Of a stretch of 64,000 nt of DNA, positions 1-8,052 are shown one piece after another (positions within the stretch are counted from its first letter, which is position 1; each line of letters opens with the position of its first letter). Origin of the DNA: an uncultured Gemmatimonadales bacterium (lineage in GTDB: Bacteria; Gemmatimonadota; Gemmatimonadetes; Gemmatimonadales; GWC2-71-9); contig CAWCVB010000002.1 in NCBI GenBank assembly GCA_963798915.1, positions 256,001 through 320,000 of the forward strand, in the 5' to 3' direction. Under the pieces are notes generated by a model that did no database searches, had not been told where the DNA came from, and worked only from the letters and a program-made list of their open reading frames with translations. The position numbers and the translations under genes were made by a program.

Positions 1-2752
1 AGAAGTCATACTTGCCGTTCAGCATCAGCACCGGAATGTGGATGTGCGGCAGGTAGTTGATCGGGTCGACCTCCGGTCTCGGCCGCTCCATGGTGAGGCC
101 GGCGACATACAGGACCGCCGCCTTGACCCGCGGTTCGACCGCCGGAATGATCCCGCCCATGTTGGCGCCCCAGCTGTAGCCGAAGTAGGCAAACCGGGTG
201 CTGTCCATGTCTGGCCGGCTGCCGAGGTAGTCGAGGGTCCGCCGGAAGTCCTTCCCCCACATGATGACGTGATCCCGCCAGAAGATGGACTTGTCGGGGA
301 TGTCGCTCGTGAGGCTGTCGGACCGTTCGTAGGTGCTCCTGTAGATCGGCAGCACGAACGCACGTCCGCTCTTCACCACGAAGCTTGGCGTCATGTCGCG
401 CCGCGCGGCGCTGGTGCGGGTGTTGATCGCGCCGGAGCCGGGGAAGAACACGATGGGCTGGTACGGTGGCGTGCCGCTCCTGGGGAGGAAGACCCATGCT
501 TGCATCCGCTCTCCGCCGTACGCGGCGTTGAAGCTCACGAATTGGGCAATCCACTCGTCACTGCTCGAGTCCACGCGCTCGACCCGGGGCTGGAGCGGGA
601 GCGGATCGTAATCGAACTGGTGGCGGTAGCCCTCGACCACCGCATCCGGGACCGACGCGACCTTCGTGTAATCGGTAAACGACCGCACCAGCGGTCGCCG
701 CGCGAGCGCGAGATTGCTGTCCGCGGAGTCGTATCGCGCGAGCCGGATGCCGTTGATCGCCGAGCGATCCATCGGCGGCTGCGCATAGGCGTCGACGAAC
801 GCGTAGGTGGGGTCGCTCCAACCGCCTCCCTCGATGTAGCGCTCGCCGCTGGCCGCCTCCTCGTTGTAGCACCACTCGCGCACATTGCCCGCCATGTCGG
901 AGGCACCGACGAAGCTCACGGCGCGCGGCGTCCCGACGCGCCACGGCCCGGTGCCCTGCAGGTTGCTCAGCGGCACGATGGCGGACGAGAGCCAGATGCC
1001 CGCGGCGCGGGCCCAATGGTACACGGTGGGAAGCGACTTCCCCTTCCACTTGGCATACGCGGCGGCCTCGTACCAGCTCACGCCGCCGACCGGCATGTCC
1101 GCCTGTCCGGACGGATAGTCCCCGCCAACCCACGTCGAGGGTCCCGGGCGTCCCGTCTGGTCGACCAGGCGGGCCATCGCCTGCTGCCAGGTGAGTGTGC
1201 GGTTGCCCTCCCTGAACGGAAAGTCCCACCAGGTGCTGTCGCGATACCCGCCTGCCTCCACGAACGCCTTGTACTGGCGATTGGTCGTCTCGTATCGATC
1301 GATCTTCCAGTCGCGGAGCGAGAGCTCGGGTGAGCCTTCCGTGCCGACGAGAAAGGTGTTGTACCGGGGCCCGCCGGCGACGGCGATCATCGCCGAATCC
1401 GGATCGGCGACGGTCTGAAGCATCAGCGGATAGGCGTGGTAAAGGCCGGTCGTGTACAAGGTCCGGTACCCCGGCTCCTCGAAACGATAGAGGCCGGTCT
1501 GGAACGGGAGTTCCGTCGAATCGACCGGTGTCGTCCCGATGTAGTGCCAGATGCTGGTGTCCCTGAGAGATGCCCGGTACACCATGGCACCGGCCGGGCG
1601 GGTAATGATCGTGGGCCGGCGACCGTGACTCAACTGGGTGAATCGTTTCGCAAGAATCGTGTCGCGAGGCGCGATCGCCTTGGCACGGAGGCCCACGTAC
1701 CAGGCGCTGTCCATCTGGCCGTCGTCGATCATCCGCCCCATCTCGGGGATCGCCGTCTCGCTCACCCAGGCGTGACGCTGCATCTTCCGGACGCCCAGGA
1801 GCGCCACGGCAGCCACCCCGGCCACGGCGATGACCGCCAGCGCGATCTTCCGCCGCCGAGCCGCACGGCTGACACCCGGGACCATCGCGGTCCCGCCGGG
1901 TGTCACCAGCGCATCGAAGGCGGCGAGCAGCTCGTCCGCATTCTGGTACCGGCGGTCGGGATCCTTCGTCAGGCACCGCATCACGATGGCCGCGATGGCT
2001 GGCGGAACGGAGTCCGACAGTGGAGCGGGGGGCGTGAGGACGTGCGCCGTCATGACTGCCTGCGGCGTGCCCGTGAACGGTGGTGCACCGGAGAGGAGCT
2101 CGTACGCCATGGCGCCCAGGCTGTAGATATCGGCGCGGGCGTCGATCGATGGATCGGCCGCGGCCTGTTCCGGCGCCATGTATGCCGGTGTACCCACCGA
2201 GATGCCGATCTCGGTGAGGGTCGCTGAAGCGCTGCCGGACGCGTCGCTGTGGCCGGCCGCGAGCGCCTTGGCCACGCCGAAGTCCATCAACAGTGCATGC
2301 CCCTCGGCGAGCATGACGTTGTCGGGCTTGATGTCGCGATGGACCACACCATGGCGGTGGGCGTGCGCCAGGCCGTCGGTGACCTCCCGCAGCAGGCGCG
2401 TGGCCCCGGCCGGCGACATCGCGCCGTCGCGCGCGAGCCGGTCGCGCAGCGATTCGCCGCGCACGAACGGCATCACGTAATAGAGAAGGCCGTCGGCATC
2501 GCCCGAGTCCAGCAGCGGAAGGATGTGCGGGGACTGCAGGTGGGCGGCAATCCGGATCTCGCGCAGGAACCGCTCGGCGCCCAGCACGGCGGCCAGTTCC
2601 GGTTTGAGCACCTTGATCGCCACCTGGCGGCCGTGCTTCAGGTCCTCCGCCAGATACACCGTGGCCATGCCGCCCTGACCCAGCTCCCGCTCGATCGTGT
2701 AGCGGTCGGCGAGGGCGGCCCGGAGCGTGTCGAGGCTCATGATGCCGCTCAT
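1..2752 (-). CDS. K1: Ser/Thr kinase - TM - FGE/sulfatase-modifying-factor-like domain - alpha/beta serine hydrolase fusion (runs off the left edge)
   Basis: Translated by hand; absent from the ORF track because no stop lies in the window. Starts MSGIMSLDTLRAALADRYTIERELGQGGMATVY; has VAIK, HRDIKPDN, DFG, GTPAYMAPEQ. FGE-like motifs VSWYEAAAYAKWKGKSLPT and DMAGNVREW; hydrolase elbow GYSWG and LMLNGKYD. ATG overlaps the K2 stop (ATGA); alternative ATG at 2740. Confidence 0.9.
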   Translation of the reverse strand, partial: MSGIMSLDTLRAALADRYTIERELGQGGMATVYLAEDLKHGRQVAIKVLKPELAAVLGAERFLREIRIAAHLQSPHILPLLDSGDADGLLYYVMPFVRGESLRDRLARDGAMSPAGATRLLREVTDGLAHAHRHGVVHRDIKPDNVMLAEGHALLMDFGVAKALAAGHSDASGSASATLTEIGISVGTPAYMAPEQAAADPSIDARADIYSLGAMAYELLSGAPPFTGTPQAVMTAHVLTPPAPLSDSVPPAIAAIVMRCLTKDPDRRYQNADELLAAFDALVTPGGTAMVPGVSRAARRRKIALAVIAVAGVAAVALLGVRKMQRHAWVSETAIPEMGRMIDDGQMDSAWYVGLRAKAIAPRDTILAKRFTQLSHGRRPTIITRPAGAMVYRASLRDTSIWHYIGTTPVDSTELPFQTGLYRFEEPGYRTLYTTGLYHAYPLMLQTVADPDSAMIAVAGGPRYNTFLVGTEGSPELSLRDWKIDRYETTNRQYKAFVEAGGYRDSTWWDFPFREGNRTLTWQQAMARLVDQTGRPGPSTWVGGDYPSGQADMPVGGVSWYEAAAYAKWKGKSLPTVYHWARAAGIWLSSAIVPLSNLQGTGPWRVGTPRAVSFVGASDMAGNVREWCYNEEAASGERYIEGGGWSDPTYAFVDAYAQPPMDRSAINGIRLARYDSADSNLALARRPLVRSFTDYTKVASVPDAVVEGYRHQFDYDPLPLQPRVERVDSSSDEWIAQFVSFNAAYGGERMQAWVFLPRSGTPPYQPIVFFPGSGAINTRTSAARRDMTPSFVVKSGRAFVLPIYRSTYERSDSLTSDIPDKSIFWRDHVIMWGKDFRRTLDYLGSRPDMDSTRFAYFGYSWGANMGGIIPAVEPRVKAAVLYVAGLTMERPRPEVDPINYLPHIHIPVLMLNGKYDF

Positions 2753-5392
2753 CGCAGACTGTCCACGGTGTAGAGCAGCGATGTGTAGACCAGCTGGTCG
2801 TACGCGTACACCTGCGGATCGTCGGCCAGGGTCGGCCAGAACATGCCGCGCACCCCGCCGAGATCGCGGGAGGCGGCAGTGAACAGCGGGCCACGCTCAC
2901 CGGTCAGGGGGTCGATGCGGTCGAATTGCGGGGGCGCGACCGACCCGGAATTGGCCCATACCCAGACCTCCCGTCCATCCGGGCTCCAGCGCACCAGATA
3001 GTCTCCGGGACGGACGCCGAGCGCCCGGCGTGGCGCCCCTCCCCCCAGCGGATAGAGCGCCACACTGTCGCCGACCTGGGCCAGCACACTGCGGCCGTCC
3101 GGCGAGACGATCCCCTGCGACGTTCCGAGCGGCGTGACCGGGGTGAGGATTCCCCGCGGCAGCGAGTCCACGTAACAACGCCCGGCCTGCCCCGACTCCG
3201 TGCCGCAGAAGAACGCGATGGTGTCGCTCCCGGCGAGGCGAACGTCACCGGCGGACGCGTCGAATGCCTGCAACTGTCCGGCATCGATGCGCCGCGCCGT
3301 GCCCGGCCCCGTCGGGTAGAGCATGAGCCTGGGGGGCGTCGTGATCACCCCGGCCAGAACGAGCCCGCCGTCCGGGGACACCGCCAGCGGCGTTCCCTCG
3401 CCGAGGCGGCCCGGCGGCGAGCCGTTCGTGCCCCGGCGCAGCACCGAATAGTGGGAACCTCCCATGCCGCTCATGTCGCTGAACATGAGATACCGTCCGT
3501 CCCGGCTGAGGACCGGCCGGGCCGAAAGGTTACGCAGCCCGAGGTTCGTCTCCTCGGTGGCGCCCGGCCCCCGCCCGACGACGCGGTACATTTGCCGGTC
3601 ATCGGTAAGCAGCACCCGGCCCTGCGGGGAGACGTCCTGTACCGTCAGGCCGCCGGTGCCGGAGAGGGCCCAGCGGTCCTGCCCCGACCGGGCGAGCTCA
3701 CGCAGCGCGTAGCCGGCAACGCCGGCACTTGCGTCGCCCGCGGCCGAGTAGAGGATGGTCTTCCCGTCCGGCCGCCACGCGATCCCTTCGATGCTGGGGT
3801 AGTCTCCCGACCGTACCAGCTGTTGCCCCGCACGGTCGGCGATGACGGCATACCCGCGGTCGTCGAACCTGGCGGGGTGCTGGAGATACGCGATCGCGTC
3901 TCCCGAGGGCGAGATCCTGGGGTCGGACAGATAGCCCTGGGACCGGACCAGGACCGTCCCCACCGGGTACTCCAGCAGGTCGGTGCCGCTGCTGTCCCGA
4001 ATCACCGCCATGCTCTTCCCGTCCGGGCCCCAGTCGGCCTCGCGCACGCCGGTCGTCACCTCGTGGGGCGCCTCGCCCCCAAGCGACAGGGTCGCCAGCG
4101 TGCCGGTAAAGAGCCGGTGCCGTCCGACGTAGCGTGCATGCGTGAGGACGGCGAGCTCACCGGCCTGTGAGACGTTCAGCAGGTGTGTCGAATCCGGTCC
4201 GAACGGGGCGGGGTCCGGATGATCGGGCCGGATGACGTACAGGTGCGACTCCGTTCCAACGTCGGGCGTGCCGCTGAACACCATCGTCTTCCCATCGGGC
4301 ATGAAGCGCGCATTGAAGATCGTACGCGCATCGAACGTCTGGGCCGTGAACCACGGCGCCGAGGCCGGTGCCCCATGGCGGGGCAGGGCGACGGCCAGCA
4401 GTACCGCTCCCGCGGCCACCGCGACCGTGCCCCACCACCAGGGACTGCGCAGCAAGGGCCGGAAGCCCGGCGCGGTGGGCGACAACGCGCCACCCGCGCC
4501 CGGGCGCGCGGGCCTGAAGTGGGGATCCGCCAGCGCCGCGGCGAACTCCTTCGCCGTTGCAAACCGGTCGGCCGGCACCTTCTCCAGCGCGTGGTTCACC
4601 GCCGCCGCCACATTGGGCGGAACCGACCGGCGCGCCTTGGTCACCGGGGCGGGGTCCCCGGTCACGATCTTCATGATGATCTGCTGCACCGTGGCCCCAG
4701 TGTGTGGCGGGTCCCCGGTCAGCATCTCGTACAGCACCGCGCCGAGCGAGTAGATGTCCGAGCGGCTGGTGAGCTCTTTCTCGGCCGTCGCCTGTTCGGG
4801 CGACATGTAGTGCGGTGTGCCCAGGGACAGGCCCGTCTCGGTCATCCGGCCGCCCGCCGCGGCACTCACCGCCAGGGCGATCCCGAAATCCGCCACCATC
4901 GGCCGGCCGTCGTGCAGCAGGATGTTCTCGGGTTTGATGTCGCGGTGAATCACCCCGTGCCGGTGGGCATAATCCAGCGCATCCGCCACCTCCGTGGTGA
5001 TCCGGACTGCTTCGTCCACACTGAGCTGGGTCTCCCGGTTGAGCTTGTCCCGCAGGGTCTCGCCCTCGACGTAGGGCATGACGTAGTACAGGAGGTCTAC
5101 GGTCGACTGTCGACCGTCGACCGTCGACCGTTGACTGTCGACCCTGGCTATTCCCGAATCAAACAGCGGGAGAATGTGCGGATGCGAGAGTGCCGCGGTG
5201 GTCTTGATCTCGACCACGAAGCGCTCGGCCCCGATTACGGCGGCGAGCTCGGGCTTGAGGACCTTGATGCGCGACCTTGCGATCGTGCTTGAGGTCCTCG
5301 GCAAGATAGACCGTGGCCATGCCGCCCTGCCCGAGCTCACGCTCGATGCGGTAGCGGTCCGCGAGCGATGCGCGGAGCAACTCGAGGCTCAT
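2749..5392 (-). CDS. K2: Ser/Thr kinase - TM - TolB/PD40-like beta-propeller, with a +1 frameshift near 5268
   Basis: True N-terminus MSLELLRASLADRYRIERELGQGGMATVY...KHDRKVA is at the end of ORF 5159..5767; the rest is in ORF 2749..5340. The junction reads GCG-CATC-AAG where K7 has GCG-CTC-AAG. SPDG/SPSG-type repeats follow a hydrophobic helix. Confidence 0.88.
5094..5142. repeat. Tandem heptamer array, about 7 x (GTCGACN), inside the K2 kinase domain
   Basis: ggtctac ggtcgac tgtcgac cgtcgac cgtcgac cgttgac tgtcgac; encodes VDSQRSTVDGRQSTVD. Confidence 0.9.
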
Positions 5393-8052
5393 TGGCGGAG
5401 CTCCGGATAGTCGGCCAGCCAGTTGTCGATCCGGATCACCTGCGGGATGCCGCCGGTCCCGACCATCACGAAACGCTGTCCGTCGGCATCCACGTCGTAG
5501 TTCTTGTGGAACGCGGTGCTGATGTAGTACGGTGTGGTCTGGAACAGCGGCACCGGAGCCCCGACCTCGAGGGTTGGGGTGGTCCGGATGCGCACCGACA
5601 TCAGCATCTCCTCCGGCCCCACGAAGAAGAGTTCGCCACTCCGACGCGACCAGCGCGGCTGCCGTCCGCCTCGTGCCGAGACCTGAATCCGGCGGTCCTC
5701 GACATTGGGGAACGGCCGGATGTACACCTCGAAGATTCCCGACTCGCTCGAGGCATAGGCCAACCACTTCCCATCCGGCGAGAACTCCGGCGTGACATCG
5801 GATGAGGGAGAGGTGACGACCGGGATTGCCGGCTCGTCACTGCCCATCAGCTTGGCGTAGATGTCCGACCCGTTCTCCGCCTCCACCGAGGTTCGGAAGA
5901 CCATCCATCGGCCATCGGGCGACCAGATCGCATCGGCGACCCCCCGGGGCTCATCCACCGTCGGGGTCGGATCACCGACTCCGTCGTCGCGCACCTGCAG
6001 CACCGAGTCCTTGCCGCCACTGCGGTAGAACAGCAGCGAGCGCCCGTTCGGGTGCCATGCCGGCCTGAGGTTGTTCCGTCCACCGATCGGGCGGACCACC
6101 TGCGTGGCGGGCCCCTCGTCCAACTGCTTTACCTCGAGCGCATGCCCCACCGACATGGCGAGCCGGCGACCGTCGGGAGAAAGGGCCGGGGACTCGGCAA
6201 CGGGCGTCCGCCAGGCGGGGTCGATTTGCCGGGCAACACCGCTCCGATCGACCCAGTAGGCCCTCCGCGCGGCGCCGCCGTCGCGCCAGTAAAGCATCGA
6301 GCCGCTCGCCGAGAAGGCGGCATCGGCAATGGTGACGCCATTGTTCCGCAAGTCGGAGGCGAGCAACACCGGATTGCCGCGGAGCTCGAGCCGCTCGAGA
6401 TCGAAGGCCACCCCGTACACCTGTCGGCCGTCGGTTGAGAAGATGAATGCGCCGGTGGGGAGGATGGCGACGGGGATGCCCTCAGTCAGGTGTCGCGGCT
6501 CGGAGCTCCCCGCGGGGAGTGCGAGCAACTCGAGCGGGCCGGAGCCCCGCTGCCGGGTGAACACCACCCCTCGACCGCCCGGTACAGCCACTGGCCACCG
6601 GTCGGCGGTGGCCCGGCTGGCCTCGGGGCTCGTCAGGGTGTCGATGCGCCCGCCTGCACCCGGTATCCGGAAAATGCCCCCCAGCCTGGAGTAGTAGATG
6701 TAGCCATCATCACCCCAGGAGGCGCCGATGAACACCGAGTCGGCCACCAGTGTGCGGGGTGTCCCGCCCGAGAGTGGAATGGTCTGGAGCGCACCCTGGG
6801 AGAACACCGATCGCACGTAGGTCAGCTGGGAGCCGTCCGGCGAGAACTCGGGCCACCGGGCATCGGTTGTGCCCGGAATCTCGACGGGGTCGAGCTGGTT
6901 GAGCCGCTTGAGCAGCAGGTGGGTCGTCGATCCGCTGCCCGCTGCACCGGCAGTGGGGAACACGACATCGCGGCCATCAGGGGAGATGGCGAAGGTGCGT
7001 CCGACGATCGAGGCCGGTGCGAGGGAGTCCGGGAAGCTCAGGTACTCCTTGTGACTCTCGTCGGTTGTCGATGACGCAACACCGCCAGCGATCACCCCCC
7101 AGCCCGCGAGGACCGTCACCGCCGCCAGTGCCGCGATGCTGCGCCAATCGCGGAGCCAGCGCCCCGTGGTGGCTGGCCGGTCCCGCACGATCCCGCTGGT
7201 GCGGCGCGTCCCCGTGCCGTTCCCCGAGAGTGCCTCGGCGAACTCCCTGGCCGAGGCGAAGCGATCGGCCGGCAGGCGCTGGATCGCGGTGTGCACCGCA
7301 TCCTCGACTCCCGGCGGCACCGTCTTCCGGTAGGTGGTGACCGGCTCGGGCGTCGCGGTCATCACCTTGGCGATGATTGACTGCGCCGTGGGACCCGAGA
7401 ACGGCGGCTCGCCGGCGAGCATCTCGTAGAGCACGCAGCCGAGGGCATAGATGTCGGTGCGGGCGTCGAGGTCCCGCTCGCCCATGGCTTGCTCGGGGCT
7501 CATGTAGTGCGGCGTGCCGAGCGACATCCCTGTTTCGGTCATGCGGGTGCCGCCATCGGAACGGCTCACGGCGAGCGCGATGCCAAAGTCCGCCACCAGC
7601 GCCTGCCCGTCATGCAGCAGGATGTTCTCGGGCTTGATGTCGCGGTGGATCACCCCGTGTCGGTGGGCGTAGTCCAGGGCGCTCGCCACTTCGCTCGCGA
7701 TGCGGACGGCCTCGGGAATGGGGAGTTGCTTCTCGCGGGTCAGCCGGTCACGCAGCGATTCGCCTTCCACGAACGGCATCACGTAGTAGGCGGTCCCGTC
7801 GAGATCACCCGAGTCGATGAGCCCCAGGATGTGCGGGTGCTGCAGGTTGGCGATGGTCTTGATCTCGCGCAGGAATCGCTCGGCGCCGATCACGGCCGAG
7901 AGCTCGGGGCGCAGCACCTTGATGGCGACATCTCGCTCGTGCCTGAGGTCACGAGCGAGATAGACCGTGGCCATGCCGCCAGCGCCCAGTTCGCGCACGA
8001 TGGTGTAGCGGTCGTTCAGTGCGGCGGCGAGGCGCTCAGGCATCGTGCTCAC
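5389..8052 (-). CDS. K3: Ser/Thr kinase - TM - TolB/PD40-like beta-propeller
   Basis: 887-aa ORF with GAGGMATV, VAIK, HRDIKPEN, DFG, GTPHYMSPEQ; TM SIAALAAVTVLAGWGVIA; repeated SPDG motifs. GTG start overlaps the K4 stop (alternative ATG at 8043). Confidence 0.95.
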   Translation of the reverse strand: MSTMPERLAAALNDRYTIVRELGAGGMATVYLARDLRHERDVAIKVLRPELSAVIGAERFLREIKTIANLQHPHILGLIDSGDLDGTAYYVMPFVEGESLRDRLTREKQLPIPEAVRIASEVASALDYAHRHGVIHRDIKPENILLHDGQALVADFGIALAVSRSDGGTRMTETGMSLGTPHYMSPEQAMGERDLDARTDIYALGCVLYEMLAGEPPFSGPTAQSIIAKVMTATPEPVTTYRKTVPPGVEDAVHTAIQRLPADRFASAREFAEALSGNGTGTRRTSGIVRDRPATTGRWLRDWRSIAALAAVTVLAGWGVIAGGVASSTTDESHKEYLSFPDSLAPASIVGRTFAISPDGRDVVFPTAGAAGSGSTTHLLLKRLNQLDPVEIPGTTDARWPEFSPDGSQLTYVRSVFSQGALQTIPLSGGTPRTLVADSVFIGASWGDDGYIYYSRLGGIFRIPGAGGRIDTLTSPEASRATADRWPVAVPGGRGVVFTRQRGSGPLELLALPAGSSEPRHLTEGIPVAILPTGAFIFSTDGRQVYGVAFDLERLELRGNPVLLASDLRNNGVTIADAAFSASGSMLYWRDGGAARRAYWVDRSGVARQIDPAWRTPVAESPALSPDGRRLAMSVGHALEVKQLDEGPATQVVRPIGGRNNLRPAWHPNGRSLLFYRSGGKDSVLQVRDDGVGDPTPTVDEPRGVADAIWSPDGRWMVFRTSVEAENGSDIYAKLMGSDEPAIPVVTSPSSDVTPEFSPDGKWLAYASSESGIFEVYIRPFPNVEDRRIQVSARGGRQPRWSRRSGELFFVGPEEMLMSVRIRTTPTLEVGAPVPLFQTTPYYISTAFHKNYDVDADGQRFVMVGTGGIPQVIRIDNWLADYPELRQ

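Noticed and set aside
640..1400. Diversity-generating retroelement targeting the FGE/C-lectin domain of K1
   Set aside because: No reverse transcriptase and no template/variable repeat pair differing at adenines in this window; the K2/K7 duplicate is not adenine-biased.
5094..5142. Heptamer arrays and REP hairpins as CRISPR repeats
   Set aside because: No regular repeat-spacer structure and no cas genes; the heptamer arrays are in-frame coding inserts.
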